59,637 nucleotides of DNA from Chthoniobacteraceae bacterium (GCA_031409335.1 JANNWY010000037.1:1-59637); one strand, 5' to 3'. Positions 23,601 to 32,967 are shown, counted from the stretch's first letter. Notes: generated by a model from the sequence alone, not told the origin. Translations and numbers: made by a program.

Positions 23601-24706
23601 CCACCATCGGCGGCGCGGGTGCCACGATCAGCACCCTCTCCGTCGGAGGGCTGCAGATGGAAGGCAGTACCATTCGGATCAACGCCGACGCTTCGACCAA
23701 CGGCGGCCAATTGATCCTCCGCGGCAACGTGCAAACCCTCGCCAGCGCCGTCACCGCCGGCATCGGAAACGTGGACGGAGTGGCGGGCGACGATGCGGAA
23801 ACCTTCATCAACCTCAACAGCACCCTCATCTTCAACATCGCCGACGGCGGCGCCGGCAACGACCTCCTCATCCGCGGCGTCATCCGCGATAACGGCGCGA
23901 ACGTCGGCGGCCTGGTGAAGACCGGCGAAGGCGCGATCCTCCTGCAGGGTGGGGGAAATGCGAACACCTATTCCGGGCCGACTGCCGTCAACGACGGCGC
24001 GCTCGTCCTCCACAAGATCCCCGGCGTTGCCGCCCTCGGCAACGGTGCCGCCACCAACACGCTGACCATCGGCGACGGGGCTGGTACAGCCATGTCGGCG
24101 CCCGTAATCGTCCGCAACTCCGAGCAAATCGCCAACACGACCGACGTGACCATCAACAGCGACGGCCTCCTCGACCTCGGCAAGTTCAACACCAGCGAAA
24201 GCATCGGCAACCTCACCGGCACCATCGGCAGCGCCATCGACCTCGGCCCGACCAGCACACTCACGGTCAACTCGACCGTCAGCACGGACTACTCCGGCAG
24301 CATCGGCGGCGGCGGCACGCTCAGCAAGGAAGGCACCGGCTTGTTGTGGCTCCGGGGCGACAGCGAGTTGAACGTCTGGAGCATCCTCGTCAACGACGGC
24401 ACGCTCAATGTGGACTCCAACGTCAACAACGCATCCGTCGTCGTCAGCACGATCGCCAACTTCGGAGTGAGTCAGAGAATGACTGAATTGATCATTGCCG
24501 ACGGAGCCGTGGTGACCCTCGGGGATCTTCCCGGACCTCCTCCTGCGCCGTTTGCGGCCGGTGGATTGGCTGATGGAGATGGCTTGGCCGCTGGTAATGC
24601 GCTGGCGGATTCGGTCCCCGTGCAAGGAGTGCCAGAGCCCGGCACTGCTGCGTTGCTCCTCGGTGGAATGCTCACGATGCTCGGCATCCGCCGCCGCCGC
24701 GCCTAA
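14675..24706 (+). CDS. Giant autotransporter-associated beta-strand repeat protein with PEP-CTERM (3343 aa)
   Basis: Leader nearly identical to gene 1. Repeats such as LVKSGTGILSL, LNKSGSGRWEI, LTKNGTGTWTLSANN. C-terminal VPEPGTAALLLGGMLTMLGIRRRRA; no C-terminal beta-barrel. Confidence 0.92.
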   Translation: MRPPSHLRSSKLRPLSFSLARLSSAAAVAAALLAAGQSANAQTIWYGAAPDGLGGDLPGDGFLWTNPLNWFGDIVPPPTDALVFADPAAAVGTILLCGNQTADSIRFTVNDTLGAYGERNLLTVTSGNVVVDPGVRAVINADFAGVNALNLSGGGSLLLNNFVNSFTGPINIDGAGTRLTFRGQGVLPYINNNGHVIAGRSDAYSLGFTNKVITLSNGGELRLVGTGYNPDGAIKNMVLGGGDGALNVAAGWQQFIIDDGAQISGAGSLVKNGNGRLTITSQDYALAGNLVVNSGVMEFARLLAAGAAGTRFSAFSTASTITVNGGFLMPNNGTVGVIDQNLTLNAGAITVQGQDHEYGVRTGTATTLALNGGSILSRDAYNPLQPRSPRINSVLSGPATSTINLYGATNAAGIGGQGHVVFQRSDVDQTLFTGTFVLRDYATIENRANQGATLNVGKTISNATLEMAGINTLLDMRDNGTGNNLTLSQYTSNNINVTGTQAGALYRIGVIRSTANTGNTFHFGTLGIGDQRLQVTGADSYALRLSGLTLTGSPTFDLISANTQIDGTVNESGAGGQAITKHLGNSDLRFTGAVNVSSVDVRHGNVILSGAAGAINPGSISLMGAITVNGTALVSTFPGGAGTGQLNGGVLILDNTTATNANRLSDAVPITMLGSSTLRLTSQSATNVSELTGDVSVPFGNPTFDVVRTGAAELPVLTLGTAALARGANTVLNFTGTSLGTGATASQIILPAPLNVVTPFLGGWATSGNEFAKYDAFGVTPLVAANYAPVAVAGDLVSGANGKVTTAPLAVAPITLGADAAINSLNFQTTVAASATLTNVDTAGFTLTVESGGILGSGSSTLITGTAAGGLTAGTTAAPAQLFVTTNGTTYNMWVNSQITDNLAGGAVTLVKSGTGILSLPNRGTPASVGAPGYTNTFTGGVVVNNGILTTTRGTYLGASTNPITLAGGQLEVNMPSLTVHGVLPGFGHNITVTANSFLAADDNGVNGAGGQEATDAIAADNNLIPWGSLTINGGHTLSITAFGQYDQSFTSSSFTGVPTINTATGRDSLSHVVMGGAMTGSGFNLIVSGTNAGSLILGAGAGDITPNLGLSSPITVFGTALRLNKANGNNAVGDLGAGEDIIVNGGTLAWGPGHVGNIGANNSNQQGLANLSPAAARMAGQDQIADTATITLLSGTIGETDRIQNDVIGTLNMRSGTLNSGNSGEGKLEFTTGNISGGTINFNFATHLKFGTLNLLPGAPALGVANGFIARKSTLEIGAGGLNFNGSRIELQSGGLSNFAGGGAVLRLGGNVTASPDPLNGTSLAGQGIFATVAANMREFSNTYIDLAGGVRDFNIADGIVFGVSALMTNGGFSKSGTGIMDVQQYAPKVFDTGLFDGPVAVNGGILIIRNNQSLGTALGGVAVNAGGTLKVDGSIVSGDNFTITGAGANVTGTTDVQELGALVVDQGQLTINGTVALGGNATITSSVVATTGIAAAPIERALLVLANPAGISSTVPATLTLSGNGDGLIVGGINTVAGGLNKSGSGRWEIGGFGTYTGPTVVTVGALRIGNSTALGATGVGAGTEVYHGASLELIGGISVAEPLLIGGDGAGGVQSGALVNVGGNNTYSGPITLLGTTIRSSAGNLNITGPITGGATSMTLDGPGNGSLGGIVTIGPAPAGDVLTKNGTGTWTLSANNALNGSTAVNGGTLVLASPGNALSAAHPLNLGGGSVTVSGGVQAVDGLNLLAGGGTVNGGVNLAVGAIVRSAGASANFAGTVTTSNVNTNGILGGYATYGSDWASVTAGTIGALPAASYLDIALGTPVGTATDNAATALMLPSGIPGAPVALNSLKIGGGSGVNVGSGALPLTSGGIIYSSNLKGGIAGAGILSGATGADDLIVHVTGAALDITSPIIGGLGGLVKAGPGKLTLSADNNAAGWGGSIAINGGTLSIVGAGGSSSNALGTGALRTMTLNGGTLEVVGGDYDPSPLASMQFAIGSAGGILRSACGANISVNDGPGQLTGSGDLTLTGGGRFIFSGGTPSFPNYTGAVTLDQGVLTVASLTSLGGRANQTLTLAPGTAFINAAPGVGNALGLPNNIVANSASIFALGGTRTFLGDVQFSGTNVIGLNERDTVSTAQSMVLNGRVTGSGTINVFGTNQGTTLGAQANGSFVFLGNSSNTFTGTYNLKTNAGLEARQPGSLGSVPGGVTVTMDTNSRLLLRGPASGDFAADVIVNGDATINADRMAVGASFGSGDRTQFAINNLTVNNGKFLGTITGGNNYAIRVNGAATFTGNANLFTESNNLALVNGANFTGGSQALNKYGSFGLFLFDASNHTGTTVINNGAISLRGTAGALSSTGRIELRGPGATLFVDNGDGLNANRINNAADLVLGGGALRVYGIETTLANNVTAPGGHTTVSYNNASLTVTTPLALGTSFARSVGATLNFTSDNGTLGLANAAQFRAQPAITIPGQADVLAGDIIPWAVGTNNEFIRYEAALGGVVQINNNQSGNNTGSATYINDPTPAQLLIGNIIRPTGTNVTTTLAASSTVKAIKMDGGDPALNATSRRIDLATFTLTVDRGLVNQIAQTQNIGNTSLVTPGTLTTGNATGELFLLSQGGALEIGPGSYTAADSTTTSGTATPLNGSVVIANNGVTPLNLVKSGVGLVDLRNTANANTFTGGVYVNQGVLRTLRGANLGPLLNGVGATRTITLNGGTLEIHTDESAATANDNIAGLGHNVVFNGNALLGADNGLSNAAANVDDNLIMGSLTINGPYVAQIGGFDGFDFSFTDAAFTGTPIIDIGLGRASATADLSTTTIAGVVSGSGFRVVAGNIAANTIGSLELAGAAANSYSGEVTVYDGTVRLNKSVFDGAITGDLTVNGGTVFWVASDQMNNAGDLTLNRGTVNLNGRTETIDNLNMNGGLVTTGAGNLTILGDATLRGASNADGLQINSTATVTVGGMLRILDFGKATIGGAGATISTLSVGGLQMEGSTIRINADASTNGGQLILRGNVQTLASAVTAGIGNVDGVAGDDAETFINLNSTLIFNIADGGAGNDLLIRGVIRDNGANVGGLVKTGEGAILLQGGGNANTYSGPTAVNDGALVLHKIPGVAALGNGAATNTLTIGDGAGTAMSAPVIVRNSEQIANTTDVTINSDGLLDLGKFNTSESIGNLTGTIGSAIDLGPTSTLTVNSTVSTDYSGSIGGGGTLSKEGTGLLWLRGDSELNVWSILVNDGTLNVDSNVNNASVVVSTIANFGVSQRMTELIIADGAVVTLGDLPGPPPAPFAAGGLADGDGLAAGNALADSVPVQGVPEPGTAALLLGGMLTMLGIRRRRA

Positions 24707-24747
24707 GTGGCTTTCTGCTGCGGCGGCGCGTTCTGAAAAATTGGACG

Positions 24748-24769
24748 CGCGCCGCTGCGCAGCGGCGCG
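24748..24769. repeat. Perfect 22-bp palindrome between giant genes 2 and 3
   Basis: CGCGCCGCTGCGCAGCGGCGCG equals its own reverse complement. Confidence 0.7.
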
Positions 24770-24883
24770 GGCGTTCGACTGCGGCCCTACCTGCGATCCT
24801 AGCTGTGCTATGCGCGGCAGGGTAGAGGCCTTCTGTCGGTGTCGCGCGTCACTTTCAATCCAACCCAAGACCCCTAGAAGCCC

Positions 24884-27800
24884 ATGAACATGCTGCATCA
24901 AACCGGTTCCCGTCGGCGCCCCTTTCGGCGTCTGATTCTCTCCACCGCCATCCTCCCCGTCGCGCTGGCTGTGCAGGCGTTTGGCGTCGATTGGAGTGGC
25001 CCCGTCACGCTCACCATCAATCCCACGATCAGTGCCGGCTTGCAGGAGGGCCGGATTGATGGAAACCCATTCGACCTTTTTTCTCCGAATCCGTTGAACG
25101 GGCCGAATACCGGCCTGGGTGTGGGTGTCAGCCTTGGAATTCGGATGGGTCAGAGCACTTTGAATTTCGGCGATGGAAGCACCCTCGATCCTGACAATTT
25201 CTGGAGCGACAACCGGACTTGGATTTACACGGGTGAGATCAACTCTGGACCGACCGGACGCCTTTCGTTTGCGGAGAGCATCGACGACAGCACCCAGATC
25301 AAGATCGACGGCATCGTCGTCCTTCAGGATGGAACTTTGGACCCTTCGACGACTGGTGTCCTCAATTTCGCGCCCAACACGTTTCACGCGATCGAAGTGC
25401 GGTTGGGCAATGGCTTCAACAATGCCGGCCCGGTGACGATCAACAACTTCACGCCCACGTACGGATTTGGTTTCAGTCAGACGGGAGCGACCGGCACGGA
25501 CGGCGCAAACTACGTCGCACCGGTCGATCCCGGCACTGGTGCGCTTTTTCACTTCGTCACCGCCGAGGCCGCCGATGCGAATCAGGATATCAATGTTTTG
25601 GGTGCTACGAACGGCGGTGGTGGGACTGCCTACGGAACGACCGTGACTCTATCGAAAGTCACCAACGATCACCTGACCGAAAACAGCATCACGTTCGCGC
25701 CGACGACCGGCAACCTCATTACCCTGATGGTGAACGGAAGCACTCCCGGCGGAACGCTCCGTTCGCTCAATACAGTGCTCGCGGTGGCCAATACGAAAAC
25801 GGTGACCATCACTGGTAACGCGGATTTTGCGCCCGGGGCGCTCTCGACCGGACCCACGCCGGGGGCCGCGACGCTGACGGGCATCAATCTCGTCAAAACC
25901 GGAGTCGGCTCGCTGATTCTCGACAATCCGACAAACGCGCTTGCCGGAACGACGATCAGGGTGGCCGATGGTATGCTCTCGATCCTGGGCAGTGGCGGCA
26001 CGACCACTCCCGTTTCCACATTGATAACGGCGATCGAAATCGGCGGGGCCGGCGCAGTGGCCCCCGTGCTGCGCATTGGCAGCAGCGGTGCCACGGGGAC
26101 GACTTTCAACAACCTTTTCAAGACCACTCAAACCGCGACGCTGGAGCATCTGACCGGAACGACTGATACCATTTCGGGTGCCACCTTTTCTATTACGTCC
26201 GGAAAGACTTTGACCGTGAACGTAGCGGCGGGTGGCTTGGCGATCAATGGAGCCATTGCAGATCCATCCAGCCCGATATCCAACCCCACTTCGGTTCGTG
26301 GCGGGACGCTGAAAAAGATGGGGAACAACACCACGCTGAAACTCAGCGGCGCCATGAGAGTTGCGGGCCTCAATGCCGCCGAAGGCCGGCTTGAAGTTCT
26401 CGGGCAGTTAAACCTTAACAGCAATCCCATCATCGGAGCGAACGCGACTCTGTCGTTGCAGAACACGTCCCTAGTCACGCCAAACATTATTACGTTCAAT
26501 CCGGTGCCCACGACAATCAGCATTCCGACCGGAACGCTCGAAGGCCTTCCCGGTGCGTTCGGAGCAGCGACGAATGTCCTGAGCCTGACGGGCGGAACCC
26601 TCAACCTCGGTGTGGCGGGCCTGACCGCACATCTTTATGACACCGGAGCGGCTGCGGCACAAGCCGCGTTCGGCGGGCCGCTGAATCCCGCGAGAACCTT
26701 TACGGACTACCTCAACTACTTCGCGGGGCGTGGTGCCGGGACCGTGGCGTCCACTGGCGCTGGGGGTGTTGCTCAACTGAGTTTCGGTTCGGGTTTCGCA
26801 AATACGGCAATGTTTGCGGTCCTTGCGCCGAATTACACGAGGACCGACGACATCGTGTCACGGTTAAACGGCAAAATCATCATTACGACGCCTGGACTTT
26901 ATACCTTCGCCACGGATTCCGACGACGGGTCGATGTTATATATTGACGGTGCGACGGTGGTGTCGAATAACGCCTCCCAGGCCCATGTGCGGCGCACCGG
27001 CCAGGTTCAACTCTCCGCTGGATTGCATGACATCGACATTGGGTATTACGAAGGCACCGGTCTGAATGGTTTGATCGTGGATTACGCGGGGCCGGACACG
27101 GCCGATGCGCAAACGGTGATCCCAAACTCGGTGTTGCTGCCTTCGACGGACTTGCAGTGGACGTTCCAGAATCCGATCACCATTTCTCAGAACGCGGTCA
27201 TCAACGCGTTTGCGGTCAGTGTTCCGAGCGTCAAGTTGACCGTGGCTAATAGGACATTGACGGTCAATGGACCAAGGATGGACATTGGTGTGCTCGACCT
27301 CACCACGGGCGGGGCCGGTACCTATACGATCAACGCGACCACGCTGGGCGGCCAGGTCGATGCAAAATCCATCCTCGATGGTGGCAATGCTGTCACGCTG
27401 GTGAACCATGGGTTGGGTGCGCTGATTATCGAAAGTAGTGCGAGCCCACAGCTTCAAAATGCAGGCTCCTCGGTCACGGTGGACGTGGGACCGCTCGGGC
27501 TCGTCCGCGGAACCGGGGAAGGCAATCCAACCGGGAACGCGACCGTCACCGTCAGCAGTGGCAAGATGATTCTGTCGAGCAAGGGTGGCGACCAGACTTT
27601 TCCATTTCCAAATACCTTTGGCGGTGTTGATCGCTCCATTACCGCCACACAGCTCGGGTCGGGTGCCGCAGGGGCCGTCGGCGCTCCGATTCGCACCACC
27701 ATCAGTGGGAACATGACCCTCCCTGCGGGCACGACGCTAAGTCTTAGCTCTTCCAAAAACTACATTCTCGCGGTTGGTGGAGTGACCGGTGCCGGGAGCG

Positions 27801-29080
27801 TTAACGTGCAGGGTGGCGCGGTGGAATCCGCCGCCCCAATCAATTTGACCGGAACCGCCCAGATCACTGTCACAGGCACCAAGTTTACGACGCAGGGTCT
27901 CGCGGCGGGCGCGATCACCGTAACCGACTCGACCCTCACGAATACGGGCACCCTGTCGTCCGGGATAGCCGCCTTGTCTGTCACTCGCAGCACTGTGACC
28001 GCGAACGGTGGCACCTCGGCGGATAGCATCAGCATCGCCGATAGCTTCTACAGCAGCACTGGAGCCCTCGCGACGGGGGCGGGCGGCATCGTCCTTACCG
28101 GCGGCACGTTCAAGTCATCCACCCTTCAACTCCGCGGCGGCACGATTTCCGGCGGAGTGATTGCCGCCCAGAATGGGATCATCCATGTGGCTGAAGGGAC
28201 TACGGTAGCCGCCACGTCCGCGACCTTCACCGGCAACGTTAGCCCGACCGGCCTGCTGGCGCGCTTCATCAGCCGCGGCGGAACAGGGGCGCTTTATGCC
28301 GGGAATACACAAGCCGGGGTTTTGGCGATGCAGACACTTCCGGCTGCCGCACAGACATTTCTGACGAACGCGCTTTCGTTTGTCCCCAATGCGGATGCGA
28401 CGGTTTCAACGTTCTTCGGCGGCGGCGTGAACACCGCTACGTTTGCCATGGGTTTCTTTGGAAACTTCACCGCACCGACATCCGGCAGTTACCGATTCCA
28501 GATCGCGCAAGTGGATGACACTGCCGGCTTCTGGATCGATTTGGATGGTGATAACGTATTCGAAACGGCTGGGTCGAGTGGCAACGAATTGGCGTCGCAA
28601 ATTGGGGCCGTCGGCAATGGAGGCATCGGCACTGTGACCCTTGTCGGCGGGAGGAGCTACAACGTCGCGATGTCGTTGGAGGATACCGGGGGAGCATCGG
28701 GTGTCGAGGCGCGCTTCGCTCTTCCGGGCGAACCCAGCTTGTCCGTTGTGAACCCAAGCGATCCGGCGCAGGCAGGCTTGTGGACATACGCATTGCCGAA
28801 TCAGGTCAACGTGGACGCAGGCGCTGAACTCGACATTGAGGCGATCAATGGGAACGTGGATGTGCTGGTTAAGGGCCGCCTCGAATTCGACGGCGCGGGT
28901 TCAAGCACCATCAACTCGCTGACCATCGGTGCTGGAGGAGTCGTCGAGATCGGTGCTGGAGCGCCAGCACCCGCCGAGGGCTTCGCCGAATCCGCAGCGG
29001 TGCCAGAGCCCGGTGTCGCCAGCCTGATGCTCCTCGGAGCGCTCGGCGTGCTCGGTCGCCGTCGCGCCAATAGAGCGTAA
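24884..29080 (+). CDS. PEP-CTERM surface protein with three PA14-like domains and beta-strand repeats (1398 aa)
   Basis: Signal peptide; PA14-like segments SFAESIDDSTQIKIDG, YTFATDSDDGSMLYIDG...GLHDIDIGYYEGTG and YRFQIAQVDDTAGFWID; C-terminal VPEPGVASLMLLGALGVLGRRRANRA. Confidence 0.88.
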   Translation: MNMLHQTGSRRRPFRRLILSTAILPVALAVQAFGVDWSGPVTLTINPTISAGLQEGRIDGNPFDLFSPNPLNGPNTGLGVGVSLGIRMGQSTLNFGDGSTLDPDNFWSDNRTWIYTGEINSGPTGRLSFAESIDDSTQIKIDGIVVLQDGTLDPSTTGVLNFAPNTFHAIEVRLGNGFNNAGPVTINNFTPTYGFGFSQTGATGTDGANYVAPVDPGTGALFHFVTAEAADANQDINVLGATNGGGGTAYGTTVTLSKVTNDHLTENSITFAPTTGNLITLMVNGSTPGGTLRSLNTVLAVANTKTVTITGNADFAPGALSTGPTPGAATLTGINLVKTGVGSLILDNPTNALAGTTIRVADGMLSILGSGGTTTPVSTLITAIEIGGAGAVAPVLRIGSSGATGTTFNNLFKTTQTATLEHLTGTTDTISGATFSITSGKTLTVNVAAGGLAINGAIADPSSPISNPTSVRGGTLKKMGNNTTLKLSGAMRVAGLNAAEGRLEVLGQLNLNSNPIIGANATLSLQNTSLVTPNIITFNPVPTTISIPTGTLEGLPGAFGAATNVLSLTGGTLNLGVAGLTAHLYDTGAAAAQAAFGGPLNPARTFTDYLNYFAGRGAGTVASTGAGGVAQLSFGSGFANTAMFAVLAPNYTRTDDIVSRLNGKIIITTPGLYTFATDSDDGSMLYIDGATVVSNNASQAHVRRTGQVQLSAGLHDIDIGYYEGTGLNGLIVDYAGPDTADAQTVIPNSVLLPSTDLQWTFQNPITISQNAVINAFAVSVPSVKLTVANRTLTVNGPRMDIGVLDLTTGGAGTYTINATTLGGQVDAKSILDGGNAVTLVNHGLGALIIESSASPQLQNAGSSVTVDVGPLGLVRGTGEGNPTGNATVTVSSGKMILSSKGGDQTFPFPNTFGGVDRSITATQLGSGAAGAVGAPIRTTISGNMTLPAGTTLSLSSSKNYILAVGGVTGAGSVNVQGGAVESAAPINLTGTAQITVTGTKFTTQGLAAGAITVTDSTLTNTGTLSSGIAALSVTRSTVTANGGTSADSISIADSFYSSTGALATGAGGIVLTGGTFKSSTLQLRGGTISGGVIAAQNGIIHVAEGTTVAATSATFTGNVSPTGLLARFISRGGTGALYAGNTQAGVLAMQTLPAAAQTFLTNALSFVPNADATVSTFFGGGVNTATFAMGFFGNFTAPTSGSYRFQIAQVDDTAGFWIDLDGDNVFETAGSSGNELASQIGAVGNGGIGTVTLVGGRSYNVAMSLEDTGGASGVEARFALPGEPSLSVVNPSDPAQAGLWTYALPNQVNVDAGAELDIEAINGNVDVLVKGRLEFDGAGSSTINSLTIGAGGVVEIGAGAPAPAEGFAESAAVPEPGVASLMLLGALGVLGRRRANRA

Positions 29081-29093
29081 TCAACGTTCATAA

Positions 29094-30557
<1,464 letters not shown>

Positions 30558-30560
30558 AGA

Positions 30561-30596
30561 AATGACTAATGACGCGATGGCCAATGACCGATGGTC
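30561..30596 (+). repeat. Degenerate heptamer tandem repeat at the left edge of the defence cassette
   Basis: AATGACT AATGACG c GATGGCC AATGACC GATGGTC directly after the purA stop. Confidence 0.55.
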
Positions 30597-30633
30597 AGGC
30601 GCTGCGCGAAGAGTGTAGAAGTGTGGTTTCGCT

Positions 30634-32967
30634 ATGGCTCGGAGCTACTATCAACTTGCGATTCACCATCCCGGTCTGAACAAACACCGAGTGATTCGAG
30701 GCAATGACCGTTACCACGTCGAAGGTGCGGCGGCGGCGCAGCAGAGGGCTTGGGCGGAGCAGTATGCGCGGAAGATTGCGATGGATGAGCGAAGAAGGGA
30801 TCGCGATGGCAAGAGGCAGGAACTAGAGGACAATCAGGCCGAGGCAGAGGAGCGAACGGCGGAAGCGCAGGCGGCGTTAAATGAGTTGCGCGGAGTGCTC
30901 GCGGCGACATTGCGCGTGGATAATTGTGTGGATTGGGCTGCGATGATGCAGCCGCCATTTTCACAAACGAAGCCGAAGGAACGCCCGTATCTCCCGCTGC
31001 CGCCGGAGCCGGTTTTTGATCCAAATGGATGGCGGCAGCAAAAGGGCTTCGTTACGACATTGGTCCCATTTCTGGCAAACCGGGCGGAGACAGCCGCCCG
31101 CACCGAGTTCGGTTTAGCGCATTTGAAATGGCGCGAGCGCAGGGACGCCGCGCAAGCGACGAATGAAAAAATCTACGCGGAAAATCTGCGCGATTTCGAG
31201 GACTGGCAGCGGCGGGCCGTAGCTCACGAAAAAGCCCGAATCCGGCACAACGCATCCGTTGAGCAGTCGCGGGCAGCATATCAGGCGCTCGATGCCGATG
31301 CGATTCTCGACTACTGCGATTTGGTTCTCTCGGAGTCGCAATATCCAGACTGCTTTCCGAAGGAATTTGAGTTGGAATACAGGGTTGCGACAAGGACGCT
31401 GATCGTCGCATATCAGTTACCTGCGGCAGATAATTTGCCCCGCCTCGAAAGTGTAAAGTTCTCGCGCACGAAGGGCGACTTCATTGAAACCGAACTCACA
31501 AAACGTGAGTTTGAGCAGCTATACAGCGACGTGGTTTTCCAAATCGCCATTCGCACGGTGCATGAGCTTTTCGAAGCGGATGTAGTGCGAGCGCTCGATT
31601 CGGTGATTTTCAACGGTAACGTCCGCGCGTTGAACGCGGGCACAGGGCATAATGAAGATCGCTGCATCCTCTCCGTTCGTGCCGGGCGTGCGGTTTTTGA
31701 GGCGATCAATCTGCGGAACATCGAACCGCGTGCGTGCTTTGAATCCCTCGGTGGTGTCGCGGGCGCGAAAATACTCGATTGCCGCGCAGTGAAGCCCCTA
31801 GGTGAGATCGACAAGAGCGAAAAGCGATTTACGACAGCACAGGATGTCTCCGGCGAAAGCGGAACGGGCTTGGATGAGTGGCATGAATTGGTGAAGGCAA
31901 TTTCCGATCCGCAAGACATCCGTTTTCTTCCGGTCGGCACGGTCGCCGCATTGGTCGGCTTCCCCGCACAGGAAAAGTTTTCCATGGCGCTGAGCAAAGA
32001 GCTTGCGGATGCGGTCGCGGCGCGAGGCTATGCGATCGAACCGGATGTGCGCTACGGCGCGGCGACTTATCGCGCGGAGGATGAAATCGCGCTCTTTCGC
32101 CCGCTGGCAACGGCAGTCACCGCTGCGTATCCCGGTGCGGCTGCCCTGCTCCAATTGTGCGTGATGATTGCGGCGGCTGATGAGCACCCGACTGACAAAG
32201 AGTTGGAAGTTGTCCGTGAGTTCATCCGACAAAACGCGCAGCTCACATCGCAGGAGCAACAGCGGTTGCTTGCCTTGGAGCACTACCTTTGCCGCAATCC
32301 CGATACGGCGACGCGTTCGCTCGCGCGGCTGGCGAAACGTCTCCCGCCAGCGCAGCGGCAGCTTGTCGGGGAAGTGCTAGTCTGTGTCGCGGGGGCGGAT
32401 GGCGTTATCAGTTCCGTCGAATGGCGGGCTCTTGAGCGTGCTTGCAAGGTGCTCGAACTGCCGCCGGACGCGCTCGATGAAATCCTTCGAAAACTGGGTG
32501 CGAATTTTGACGAGGCGACCATGCAGGAAGCAGAGCCCGCCGCTCCCGGCGAACCGCTGCCCGTTATGCCGCCCGCGTCAACGGCTCCGTCTTTCACGCT
32601 CGATATGTCGCGTGTCGCGGCGATTTCGCACGAGACGGCGGAAGTTATTGGTCTGCTTTCAACGGTAATGAGCGAGGATGAAGCGAAGCCCGCACCCAAG
32701 CCGCAGACCGCGCCGACGATCGCACGGCAAACGCCCGCGTGGCTCGGCAACCTCGACATGAAATATCACGTTATCGCTGCGCGCATCGTCACCAAACCTG
32801 CATGGCCGCGTGCCGAGTTTCAGCAACTCGCTGCCGAGTTCAATTTGATGCCGCTCGGTGTTTTCGACGCGCTTAATGAATGGGCCGACGAACAACTCGG
32901 CGACTTTCTTCTCGACGGCGACAATCCCGTGACCGTGAACACTTCCATCCTCCCAAAACAACCATGA
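30634..32967 (+). CDS. TerB/TerB_C domain protein (Shango SngA-like) with atypical, Mrr-associated-like N-terminal half
   Basis: Two TerB-like units (MIAAADEHPTDKE; CVAGADGVISSVE) and a TerB_C-like end (WPRAEFQQLAAEFNLMPLGVFDALNEWA..LGDFLLDG). N-terminal ~400 aa: coiled coil then VLSESQYPDCFP, YSDVVFQIAIRTVHELFEAD, FNG, CILS, EPRACF. Confidence 0.8.
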   Translation: MARSYYQLAIHHPGLNKHRVIRGNDRYHVEGAAAAQQRAWAEQYARKIAMDERRRDRDGKRQELEDNQAEAEERTAEAQAALNELRGVLAATLRVDNCVDWAAMMQPPFSQTKPKERPYLPLPPEPVFDPNGWRQQKGFVTTLVPFLANRAETAARTEFGLAHLKWRERRDAAQATNEKIYAENLRDFEDWQRRAVAHEKARIRHNASVEQSRAAYQALDADAILDYCDLVLSESQYPDCFPKEFELEYRVATRTLIVAYQLPAADNLPRLESVKFSRTKGDFIETELTKREFEQLYSDVVFQIAIRTVHELFEADVVRALDSVIFNGNVRALNAGTGHNEDRCILSVRAGRAVFEAINLRNIEPRACFESLGGVAGAKILDCRAVKPLGEIDKSEKRFTTAQDVSGESGTGLDEWHELVKAISDPQDIRFLPVGTVAALVGFPAQEKFSMALSKELADAVAARGYAIEPDVRYGAATYRAEDEIALFRPLATAVTAAYPGAAALLQLCVMIAAADEHPTDKELEVVREFIRQNAQLTSQEQQRLLALEHYLCRNPDTATRSLARLAKRLPPAQRQLVGEVLVCVAGADGVISSVEWRALERACKVLELPPDALDEILRKLGANFDEATMQEAEPAAPGEPLPVMPPASTAPSFTLDMSRVAAISHETAEVIGLLSTVMSEDEAKPAPKPQTAPTIARQTPAWLGNLDMKYHVIAARIVTKPAWPRAEFQQLAAEFNLMPLGVFDALNEWADEQLGDFLLDGDNPVTVNTSILPKQP

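Noticed and set aside
5663..24706. Classical type V autotransporters
   Set aside because: No C-terminal beta-barrel ending in an aromatic residue; the proteins end in PEP-CTERM.
23213..25552. 779 aa minus-strand ORF and many similar long antisense ORFs across the giant genes
   Set aside because: No motifs; they overlap well-supported genes; stop-poor reverse frames are expected at this GC3.
30634..32967. Tellurite resistance operon or active Mrr nuclease
   Set aside because: No other ter genes, and no Mrr catalytic motif is recognisable.
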